Assembly (NCBI GenBank): GCA_045047305.1
Contig: JASFYO010000047.1
Location: 1 to 18,739 of the forward strand
Length of the DNA: 18,739 nucleotides
DNA from: Planctomycetota bacterium
GTDB lineage: Bacteria; Planctomycetota; UBA1135
Direction: 5' to 3'
The position numbers and the translations under genes are program-made. A model generated the notes under the pieces. That model made no database searches. It saw only the letters and a list, made by a program, of their open reading frames with translations, and was not told the DNA's origin. This document shows, one piece after another, positions 8,032 through 16,240 of this stretch (positions within the stretch are counted from its first letter, which is position 1; each line of letters opens with the position of its first letter).

Positions 8032-8071
8032 GGTAACCTTGAGGTTACCTTTATCTGGCACCACTTGTCAA
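8032..8071 (-). promoter_or_regulatory. Promoter of the ArsR operon with overlapping palindromic operator
   Basis: Perfect inverted repeat GGTAACCT-tg-AGGTTACC (8032-8049), 1 nt upstream of the ATG. Minus strand TTGACA (8071-8066), 18-nt spacer, TAACCT (8047-8042). Confidence 0.8.
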
Positions 8072-8145
8072 GTCCTTGCTAGGCCTGGTTTCAAAGCAAA
8101 AATCACGGTGACGCAAGGCGGCCCGAGGGAAAGACGTTTCAGGAT

Positions 8146-10293
8146 TTAGAGCTCGCCCAAAAGGAGTCGAGCCTCCCCTACCGTGCCTTCAAACCGGGGG
8201 TCTTCCACGCGTAAAAGCAAATCATCCCAAACAGCTTGCACTTGCATCGATTCACCTATGAGATCTAAAGATTTCACCCACTCCTTTTGGTGAGTCAATG
8301 CAAGGGAAGTGTATCCCTTACCCTGGTATCTCAACGCCAAAACGATATCTTCCAACGCTTCGCAAGAAGCCTCCTCATCGCCCAATTCAGCAAACGCCTG
8401 TTGCCTTCCAATATAGGCATAGATAATTTCTTCGTGCCCAGAAAGATTGTGTTCTCGAAAACTCCTGAGGGCCTTATCGAAAGTGCTTAACGCCTTCTCA
8501 AACTGTTCTGATACCAAATAGTACACTCCCAAATCGACTTGGTTCATAGGCCCAAACCATGACGGGAAGTCGGTCCTCGTTTCCAAGTATTCTCCCAATT
8601 TCAAGAAGTCCCATTCCGAGATGGACACCCCGGGCCGAACCTCGGCTAAGAATATCCGTAAAGTTGCCAATCGATTCTGCGCAAGTGCCGTTGCGTAATC
8701 TTCTTCAGAATTCATACCAAAGTCACGCGAAGCTATCGGCGCTAAGATTTTCTCCCCTTCTTCCAAGAAATTTCGGCGCCCAGAATCCTCTTTCGGAAAG
8801 GCGTGGCTTTGCTCCAGCTTACTCCATGCATGCATTACAAAGGTCAGAGAATAATCTGATAAAGATTCCGCTTTCAGAAAAGCCCTGTCTGCTTCATGGA
8901 ATGCGCCAATGGACATAAGGCCCTCACCTAACACCGACCAAAGCCCCGCCTTAAGAGAATCTGGCATGAAACGATCAGAGGCGAGGAGGGCATCCAGCTC
9001 TAAAAACCGAGTACGCCGGGCGCCTTGGACATCGGCTGAAAGCCATGAATTCTGAGACTGAATAATCCCTCGCGTGACATGCAAGGTCCGAATGGCTTGG
9101 GCCTCGGCTTTCTTGGCGTAAAACCCGGCAAAAGCCACTATCACGGTTGCTCCAAATAAAATTGCACCGATAAAAGAAGGTACTGGATTGCGCCGCAACC
9201 AATGTGCAATCCTGATCGGGAAAACTGGTATTCGAGCAGCGACCTGCTCGCCGGAACACCACGCCTCAAGATCTGCCGCGAATTCTCCGGCATCGGGATA
9301 GCGAGAATCGCTCCGTTCATCTAATGATTTCCGCAGAATTGCTTGTAAGTCCTTTGGCAAACGCCGCAGTGCTGGATTCCTTGCCACCCGACTAAAACAA
9401 AAGCACGACACTTGAGAGCGGAGCGTTCCTTCATGAACCTGACTGGATCCAATCAAAGCCTCTAATAAGGAAAGGCCAAAAGAAAAAACATCGGTGCTTG
9501 GTGCTAGCTTTTCACCACGGGTTTGCTCCGGAGAGGCATAGACCTTCGTGCCTAAGAATTCTCCAGTCAGTGTCATTTGATCGGGAGCATCCAAGACAGA
9601 AGCGAGACCGAAGTCACAAAGTTTAAAAGCCTCACCACTCCACAAAATGTTCGATTGCTTGATGTCTCGATGAAGGATTCCATGGCGGTGTGCCATCGCT
9701 AAACCACGCAACGGAATCAAAAGAAGCTGAACTATTTCTTTAACACCTTGAGCAAGCCATGCTTGGGCAACATTTTGCAGTTGTGTCTTAAGAGTTTCGC
9801 CTTGGCCAACGCATTCGGTGACAAGTGCATGTGATCCATTCTCTGTCACTGTACTAAATAGGCGAACAACCCCGGGGCTATCAAGACCGGCTAAGACCCG
9901 AGCCTCTAACGCGAGCCGGTAGGTGGCCCGCTCATCGACAAGATGCTCGCGCAAGACCTTTAATGCAACGACTCTTGAAAGCACAACATCTTTTGCTTGC
10001 CAAACCACTCCAGAGCTCCCTGCACCAAGGCGCCTTTCTAACTGGAATCTTCCAAAAACAATCCCTCCCTCTTGCCAATCTGGTTGCTCCTCATTCTTTG
10101 AAAAACACTGGGAGAGTTGAATCGCTTGAGCTTCATTTTCTCGAATGAGTGCAAGTGTCGAAGACTGTATGCGATCTGGCACACATGCAGCCACAAACTC
10201 CTCTTTTTGCAAACACCCGATGTGCTGCAATTGCTCTAAGTACTCTTGAAAGCAATCCTCTGGGCTTTTTCTCGCGGGTGAATCTTTCCTCAT
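8146..10293 (-). CDS. Membrane Hanks-type Ser/Thr protein kinase with C-terminal helical (TPR-like) region
   Basis: LGAGSSGVV, VALKVL, HRDIKQSNIL, KLCDFGLA, GTKVYASPEQ, DVFSFG. TM segment PSFIGAILFGATVIVAFAGFY. The start overlaps the ECF stop (ATGA, 10290-10293). Confidence 0.93.
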   Translation of the reverse strand: MRKDSPARKSPEDCFQEYLEQLQHIGCLQKEEFVAACVPDRIQSSTLALIRENEAQAIQLSQCFSKNEEQPDWQEGGIVFGRFQLERRLGAGSSGVVWQAKDVVLSRVVALKVLREHLVDERATYRLALEARVLAGLDSPGVVRLFSTVTENGSHALVTECVGQGETLKTQLQNVAQAWLAQGVKEIVQLLLIPLRGLAMAHRHGILHRDIKQSNILWSGEAFKLCDFGLASVLDAPDQMTLTGEFLGTKVYASPEQTRGEKLAPSTDVFSFGLSLLEALIGSSQVHEGTLRSQVSCFCFSRVARNPALRRLPKDLQAILRKSLDERSDSRYPDAGEFAADLEAWCSGEQVAARIPVFPIRIAHWLRRNPVPSFIGAILFGATVIVAFAGFYAKKAEAQAIRTLHVTRGIIQSQNSWLSADVQGARRTRFLELDALLASDRFMPDSLKAGLWSVLGEGLMSIGAFHEADRAFLKAESLSDYSLTFVMHAWSKLEQSHAFPKEDSGRRNFLEEGEKILAPIASRDFGMNSEEDYATALAQNRLATLRIFLAEVRPGVSISEWDFLKLGEYLETRTDFPSWFGPMNQVDLGVYYLVSEQFEKALSTFDKALRSFREHNLSGHEEIIYAYIGRQQAFAELGDEEASCEALEDIVLALRYQGKGYTSLALTHQKEWVKSLDLIGESMQVQAVWDDLLLRVEDPRFEGTVGEARLLLGEL

Positions 10294-10994
10294 TGGGCCT
10301 TCAGGTAGGTGGAAAGACGATCCAGGACTCTCTGAATCGCTTTCCTAACCGCAGAATCCTTCATTCCCAAAGCTTGGCCTATCTCTGAAGACGGCTTTCC
10401 TTCCAAATAAAACCCTAAAATATCTCGTTCTCGTGGATTCAAGCGGCCAAGAGCAACCTGGAGCTGAGCATGCCCTTCCTTCTTGGACAAACTTTCTTGC
10501 GGACAATCTCCTTCCGAGGCAAGGCTTCTGACTAACTCACTTTGAGTACCTGAGGCTCTTTTTCTCCGCGAAATCTGATGTGCCTTCCAACTCATACGCA
10601 TCCAAATAAGAGTACAGAAACGATTGCGGCCAAGAAACACTAAAGACGTTTCCGAAGCAAGTAAACCAAGAATCACCTCTCCCAATAAATCGTGCGTATT
10701 GGCAATGGGCTTCACCACAGGGAAGTCTCTAGTCAAACCACGTCTTTCGGAGCACAAATCGTAAATGTATCCAAAGAACTCCTTCTTCAAGGCCTCGCTC
10801 TCCGCATGGCCTTCCTGAATACTTTTAAAGACTAGTCCAAGAACGCTGTCGATTTCATCCCAGGATGAGTCCTCTTGCTCCGCATCGGAATAATCTCCAA
10901 TCGAGTGCAATAGCCTCAATGCCGCAGGACCAAGAAATGTAGAGACAAAAGGAATATGGCCCGTAGAAGCGGGCGAGTCTGTGGGGGAACTCAT
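10290..10994 (-). CDS. ECF-type RNA polymerase sigma factor (kinase-associated, divergent)
   Basis: Region 4 HTH: ALGRLNPRERDILGFYLEGKPSSEIGQALGMKDSAVRKAIQRVLDRL. Region-2-like segment: NTHDLLGEVILGL...RFCTLIWMRMSWKAHQISRRK. Translationally coupled to the kinase. Confidence 0.85.
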   Translation of the reverse strand: MSSPTDSPASTGHIPFVSTFLGPAALRLLHSIGDYSDAEQEDSSWDEIDSVLGLVFKSIQEGHAESEALKKEFFGYIYDLCSERRGLTRDFPVVKPIANTHDLLGEVILGLLASETSLVFLGRNRFCTLIWMRMSWKAHQISRRKRASGTQSELVRSLASEGDCPQESLSKKEGHAQLQVALGRLNPRERDILGFYLEGKPSSEIGQALGMKDSAVRKAIQRVLDRLSTYLKAQ

Positions 10995-11116
10995 CTCCTT
11001 TAGTATAAGGCCAAATGGTCAAATCGAATATTTTTCGCCTATTTCCCAAAAATGATGTCACAAACAATGCCTTGACCTCTCTGTTAAGGGAATCCCCCAC
11101 ACCCCCAAAAAAATCA

Positions 11117-11749
11117 ATGAATCATCCTCAACTTTTTGTTTGTTCACTCCTACTTTTCGGATCTTGCCAAATAGCGCAACGAGAAGCTCAATCCCTTGGG
11201 AACCCACTTGGAACCATCGTCGCCAACCAAGATTGGGCGCTAAATATGGAATTTGGACAAGAACGGGTAACCGGCACTGGAAAAGGTGGGCAATTCCTCT
11301 TTTGGAAAACTGGAGATAGGAAATTGGCCAATGGCGTTGTAGGCACATCCACCGATTTCGGCCTGATCCCCGACATAGATGACTTGCGTTTGGGGGAGTT
11401 GCGATCGGCTGCTGTTTATGACGCGATTACAAAAGCCAATTGCGAAGTGCTTGCATACCCAATCTTCTCCTGGGAAGGAACTTCTAGCCCTTTCTCTGTG
11501 GATTACGTCGTCCACGTAAAAGGATTCCCCGGATGGGTAAAGGGAATCCAAGCGATTCCCCGCGTCAATGTAAGCGGCGTGAACTATTTGCCGGGATCGC
11601 ATCAGGCTGGAGAACCACGCAGGCCATCTCCTACTTGGATCGCCCACGTTTTTGCAGGAGACCCTAGCCAAAGGCAAGAGAGCAAAAACGGATCCTCGCC
11701 TCCCCCGAGTTCATGGAGCAACTGGGACGAACCATCGACCCAAAACTGA
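11117..11749 (+). CDS. Hypothetical lipoprotein
   Basis: From ATG 11117: MNHPQLFVCSLLLFGSC with a lipobox-like FGSC, a globular core (SAAVYDAITKANCEVLAYP...VHVKGFPG) and a Pro/Ser-rich tail. The track's 11015 start would place the signal peptide internally. Confidence 0.7.
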   Translation: MNHPQLFVCSLLLFGSCQIAQREAQSLGNPLGTIVANQDWALNMEFGQERVTGTGKGGQFLFWKTGDRKLANGVVGTSTDFGLIPDIDDLRLGELRSAAVYDAITKANCEVLAYPIFSWEGTSSPFSVDYVVHVKGFPGWVKGIQAIPRVNVSGVNYLPGSHQAGEPRRPSPTWIAHVFAGDPSQRQESKNGSSPPPSSWSNWDEPSTQN

Positions 11750-11789
11750 AGCCAAATAGATGAACTCCAACCCACTACAAATCACAATC

Positions 11790-12827
11790 ATGAAATTCGT
11801 TTTCTCTCTTTTTCTATTTTGCGCCCTTTGCTCGGCAACAGCAAACGCCCAATCCAATCAATGTTTATCCTTTGACGGAGCAACTGCTTATGGCGAAGTG
11901 GGCGTATCTTCTGCTCCAGTCCAAAACGCGACCTATGAATGCTGGGTTAAAATCGACCAATATGTCACCAACAGAGATGCCTACGCATGGACTTTAGCCC
12001 GCTGGGGTTGGTGGGACACTGGCATGCCTTCCTTCAGCCTCAAAACTGGCGAAGCAACCGGAATCGTCGGAATCGGCCACTCGCAACGTACGGCGCCAGG
12101 TACGATTAGAGAAGGTACTTGGCATCACTTAGCAACCGTAACCGATGGCAATTCGAGCCCCGGCTATGACCTTTACGTGGACGGCCAACTTGTTCTTTCC
12201 GAAGGCCCTACTCAAAATGTACCTGGATCTACGTGGACACTTTGCTTAGGCGCAATCAACTTCATGGGTTGGAGAGAATTCTATCTAGGGGAAATCGATG
12301 AAGCGCGCATTTCAACTAACCGTCGCTACTCATCCAACTTTATCCCTGAGCGTCGCTTGCAAACCGACGCCTTCACTTATGGTCTTTGGCACTTTGATGA
12401 AGGGTCCGGCTCAACCGCTTCTGATTCCTCAGGAAATGACCGCCATTTCAACCTCCATGGTGGATTTAGCTGGAAAGCTGGAAATGATCCTGCCCAGCCA
12501 ACCTATAACCACACTGCTGCGAGCGCGGGGCAAAATCTGAATCTCTCGGTAACTAGTGCAACTCCTGGCGCAATCGTCTACTTTTGTTACTCCCTTCAAG
12601 GACCCGGTCCAACCACCATCAATGGCGGGGCAATCTTGGACCTATCAGTGCCTATCCATGGGGGCCTTACGCCCGGCTGGGGACACATCACAGATGCCAG
12701 CGGCAATGCCAACATGTCCGTAATTATTCCGGCCCGAATGTCTGGAGCAACGGTGTGGAGTCAAGTATTGGAAAATAATGCGGGAGCATTTCGAATATCC
12801 AACTTAGCCACAACCGTGGTTCAATAA
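11790..12827 (+). CDS. Secreted LamG-like jellyroll (concanavalin A-like) protein with conserved C-terminal domain
   Basis: Signal peptide MKFVFSLFLFCALCSATANA|Q. LamG motifs LSFDG, TYECWVK, WHHLATV, LYVDGQL, GEIDEARIS, LWHFDEGSGSTASDSSGN. Confidence 0.88.
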   Translation: MKFVFSLFLFCALCSATANAQSNQCLSFDGATAYGEVGVSSAPVQNATYECWVKIDQYVTNRDAYAWTLARWGWWDTGMPSFSLKTGEATGIVGIGHSQRTAPGTIREGTWHHLATVTDGNSSPGYDLYVDGQLVLSEGPTQNVPGSTWTLCLGAINFMGWREFYLGEIDEARISTNRRYSSNFIPERRLQTDAFTYGLWHFDEGSGSTASDSSGNDRHFNLHGGFSWKAGNDPAQPTYNHTAASAGQNLNLSVTSATPGAIVYFCYSLQGPGPTTINGGAILDLSVPIHGGLTPGWGHITDASGNANMSVIIPARMSGATVWSQVLENNAGAFRISNLATTVVQ

Positions 12828-12830
12828 ATA

Positions 12831-12860
12831 GAAGGCAGGGTGTAAAAGCCCTGCCTTTTT
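12831..12860 (+). terminator. Rho-independent terminator after the LamG gene
   Basis: AAGGCAGGG (12832-12840) / CCCTGCCTT (12849-12857) followed by T residues, just after the stop codon. Confidence 0.85.
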
Positions 12861-12997
12861 CCAGGAACACACTTAGAAGCTCTATACCAGCCTCCCCCTC
12901 CCTCGCGCCCCCAACTGCGCTGCGAGATTAAGCCCTAAGCGGCTGAGGAAAGTCAGCTCAGCGCCTATCATTTGGGAGGCATTGAGCCCCCCATCCC

Positions 12998-13777
12998 ATG
13001 AAGGCATACCTCGACCTCGTCCGCGACATTCTGGAGAATGGCGAAGACCGTGAAGACCGCACTGGCGTCGGCACGCGCTCCATTTTTGGCACGCAAAGCA
13101 AGTACGACTTACGTGAAGGCTTCCCGCTTCTCACCACGAAAAAGGTGTTGTTCACTGGCATTGTGCGGGAACTTTTGTGGTTCCTACGTGGCAGCACCAA
13201 CATTCACGATGACCTTGCCGAATACACGCCCATTTGGAATGCCTGGGCCGATGAAAACGGCGACCTCGGTCCGATTTATGGCCACCAATGGCGCAACTGG
13301 GGTGGGCTAGGCATCGACCAAATCCAAAACGCCATCGATCAGATCAAAAACAATCCTGAGTCGCGGCGGATTTTGGTCAGTGCATGGAATGTAGGTGACC
13401 TACCCGACATGAAGTTGCCTCCTTGCCATTTATTGTTCCAGTTTTATGTACAAGGTGGCCGTCTGGATTGCCAGCTGTATCAACGCTCCGCCGACGTCGC
13501 GCTTGGAGTCCCATTTAACATTGCAAGTTATGCACTGCTGATGACCATAGTGGCACAGGAATGCGCTTTAGAGCCCGGCATTTTCACCCACACTTTGGGC
13601 GATGCGCACCTCTACCAGAACCATCTGGATGGCATTCGCACACAGCTCGAGCGCACTCCTGGATCGCTGCCGCAACTGGCAGTCGCGCACAAACCATTGG
13701 ATGAGATTCAATACGAGGACATCCAAATCCACAACTACGAGCACGCCCCGTTCATTAAGTTTGAAGTCGCAGTCTAA
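12998..13777 (+). CDS. thyA: Thymidylate synthase
   Basis: [30 protein letters not shown], catalytic [25 protein letters not shown]. Confidence 0.97.
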   Translation: MKAYLDLVRDILENGEDREDRTGVGTRSIFGTQSKYDLREGFPLLTTKKVLFTGIVRELLWFLRGSTNIHDDLAEYTPIWNAWADENGDLGPIYGHQWRNWGGLGIDQIQNAIDQIKNNPESRRILVSAWNVGDLPDMKLPPCHLLFQFYVQGGRLDCQLYQRSADVALGVPFNIASYALLMTIVAQECALEPGIFTHTLGDAHLYQNHLDGIRTQLERTPGSLPQLAVAHKPLDEIQYEDIQIHNYEHAPFIKFEVAV

Positions 13778-14276
13778 TTTCGATCTCGTTGTAGCGATGG
13801 ACCGCAATCGTGGTATTGCGCGAGATGGAGACATGCCATGGCATTTGCCTGGTGATCTAAAATACTTTGCCAAGCTCACCGTAGGCAAGGGAGATAACGT
13901 CGTCATTATGGGACGTAAAACCTGGGACACGATTCCACAACGCTATCGCCCCTTGCCGCGGCGTAGGAATATCGTGATTAGCCGCCAAGAAGGGCTGCAA
14001 ATAGCGGGAGCGGAATGCGCTACTTCACTTGACCTCGCCCTCGCCATGGCATCCTCTGCCCTCGGCTCCGTTTATGTGATTGGAGGTGCGCAGATTTACG
14101 CGCTCTCTCTAACGCACCCAAGTTGCCACGATGTATTTGTGACCGAAATCGATCACGACTTTGGCTGCCAAGTATTCTTCCCTCCACTTCAAGGATTTGC
14201 GCGTGCCGAAATCCTTGCAGCAGAGGAAGAGAACGGTTTGGCTTACCGCTTTACGCGGTGGTCACGCCAGGTTTAA
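13761..14276 (+). CDS. folA: Dihydrofolate reductase
   Basis: [11 protein letters not shown]...[44 protein letters not shown] 13761 (overlapping the thyA end) is chosen as start so that the first beta strand FDLVVAM is included; the exact start is uncertain. Confidence 0.94.
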   Translation: MKSQSNFDLVVAMDRNRGIARDGDMPWHLPGDLKYFAKLTVGKGDNVVIMGRKTWDTIPQRYRPLPRRRNIVISRQEGLQIAGAECATSLDLALAMASSALGSVYVIGGAQIYALSLTHPSCHDVFVTEIDHDFGCQVFFPPLQGFARAEILAAEEENGLAYRFTRWSRQV

Positions 14277-14442
14277 CCCCGCGCCTTACGGCACCGTTGC
14301 CTGCGCGGAGTAGGCAAACACCAAGGCTCCTTGTGCATTGGAAAGCACATGAAGCAGGGAATCAATCAAGAACAAACCTACCAAATGGGATTTCCTCCCG
14401 TAGCATTGACGCCTACGGATTCCCCTACCTCCCCCGATTCGC

Positions 14443-16086
14443 GTGTCACTTCAAATTCAACTCGCCACCTCTGAAGATCTACCAGAGGTCCGTCAGCTGC
14501 TGCATCGCACTTTTGTCGACGAGTTAGGCCAGTACGCCGATTCCGGTTTGGGCCAGCATGCGGACAAATTCGAGCACAAAAACCAGGCCTACCTTGCACG
14601 AGAAAACGGCGAGCTTGTCGGCATGATTGCAGTCCATGGAGAGGCGCCGTTTTCGGTCGCCGCGCGTATGCCGGCACACACCCCTATGGCGGAGTTAGCG
14701 AATCGCCCTTTAGAGGTGCGTTTACTTTGCGTGGCGCCCGGGCTTCGTGGAAGCCAAATCGCTTTCCGCCTCATGGCCGCAGTCTTTGCCCACGCGCTCG
14801 CACATGACTATCGTGAACTTTGGATTTCCGGAGTCGAGGAACAGCTGCCGCTTTACCGCAAACTTGGTTTTGAAGCCTTGGGTCCAGCAATCCCAGATGG
14901 CGACGTCGCGTTTACACCGATGCGAGTTTCACTCGACCGCTTACCATCTGGATTGAAACGCCTGACGACTCGCATGCACTCAAGCCGCACGCACAAGATG
15001 ATCACTCTCCTGCCCGGGCCTGCGCGTCTTAATCAAGCTACACTCCACGCCGCCGCTTCGGCACCGGAATATCATCGCAGTGCCACCTTCCTGAAGGTCT
15101 ACCGAGAGGTGCAAAAGAGCGTTTCTGCGTGGATGGACGACCACGACGTCGCACTGTTTCCTGGAGGCGGTACCCACGCGAATGATGTCATCGCGCAAAT
15201 CCTAAGCCACTTGCCCGATTCCCAATCACGCCCTGGGCTCATTTTGTGCAATGGTGAATTCGGCAAACGTTTGCGCGATCATGCACGCGGAGCGCATTTG
15301 GCCCACGAAGTCATCGATTTTGGTTGGGGGCAAACTTGGGATTTACAGCGCGTCCAGCAACATTTGCAAACCCACCAACCCGCCTGGGTTTGGTCGGTGC
15401 ATTGTGAATCTAGTTGCGGCATTCTCAATCCAATAGAGGAACTGATTACGCTCGGCAACCGCAACACTGCTTTCTGCCTCGACGCCATTAGCACACTAGG
15501 CGCACTCCCACTACCGCAGGGACTCGCATTCGCCAGCGCGGTGTCAGGCAAAGCACTGCAATCCTTACCCGGGATCGCCATGGTGTCGGCAGCGACCCAA
15601 TGGGCTCTGCGCTTAACCAACACTCCATGGCCGCCTTCCTTGGACTTTTCAACCCATCGCAACAGCACCAACCCACCGCACACTTTGGGCTATCCGATTT
15701 TAGCTGCCCTACATGCAAGCTTAAGCACGGCTTGTGCGCCGCAACGGATAGCCTCGCGCCAACAATTCTATACCCGCTTGGGCCAATCGATTCGTCGTCA
15801 TCTGGCTGAGCTCCAAATCCAGGTAATCGCTCCAGAGAGTGCGGCAAGCCTAGTCATGACCAGTTTTGAAGTCCCCCCAGGCCTGACCACACCTGAATTC
15901 CTAAACCTTGCCGCCTCCTGGGGTTATCAACTCGCTGGTCAATCAAGCTACCTCTGCAGCCGACGCTTAGCTCAGATCGCAACCTATGGTGAGTTTGAGG
16001 AAGCAGAATTAGACGCATTTTTTACCCAGTGGCAGCTCTGGGCCCGAGGGAGCAAATCCCCTGCGCTATCCCTATACGGCACGTAG
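14443..16086 (+). CDS. Fusion of an N-terminal GNAT acyltransferase and a class V PLP-dependent aminotransferase (PhnW/SPT-like)
   Basis: GNAT part: EVRLLCVAPGLRG motif A and LPLYRKLGF. PLP part: LLPGP, HRS, GGGTHAND, NGEFGKR, HCESSCG, LDAIST and Schiff-base Lys in SGKAL. One continuous 547-aa ORF. Confidence 0.88.
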   Translation: MSLQIQLATSEDLPEVRQLLHRTFVDELGQYADSGLGQHADKFEHKNQAYLARENGELVGMIAVHGEAPFSVAARMPAHTPMAELANRPLEVRLLCVAPGLRGSQIAFRLMAAVFAHALAHDYRELWISGVEEQLPLYRKLGFEALGPAIPDGDVAFTPMRVSLDRLPSGLKRLTTRMHSSRTHKMITLLPGPARLNQATLHAAASAPEYHRSATFLKVYREVQKSVSAWMDDHDVALFPGGGTHANDVIAQILSHLPDSQSRPGLILCNGEFGKRLRDHARGAHLAHEVIDFGWGQTWDLQRVQQHLQTHQPAWVWSVHCESSCGILNPIEELITLGNRNTAFCLDAISTLGALPLPQGLAFASAVSGKALQSLPGIAMVSAATQWALRLTNTPWPPSLDFSTHRNSTNPPHTLGYPILAALHASLSTACAPQRIASRQQFYTRLGQSIRRHLAELQIQVIAPESAASLVMTSFEVPPGLTTPEFLNLAASWGYQLAGQSSYLCSRRLAQIATYGEFEEAELDAFFTQWQLWARGSKSPALSLYGT

Positions 16087-16240
16087 GCCAACTACCGACA
16101 ACTAGGCCCTGCGGTTCACCCAGGATTTTGCTTAGAACACAGCTCGCAGCCTTTTTTGGTGGTAATCTTTGCATAGCCAGTTTCGTTCCTGGCTTCAGCC
16201 CCCTCCGATAAAGTCTCGGATTCGCCAAGACCATTCATTC

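Noticed and set aside
13602..13760. Long N-terminal extension of DHFR, or a ThyA-DHFR fusion or frameshift
   Set aside because: thyA ends normally (FEVAV-stop) in another frame and the extension is not DHFR-like. A short overlap from TTG 13761 explains the layout.
14310..14365. c-di-GMP-I (GGCAAAC) or cobalamin (AGGGAA) riboswitch fragments
   Set aside because: Only isolated short words match; the required stems and remaining conserved motifs are missing.
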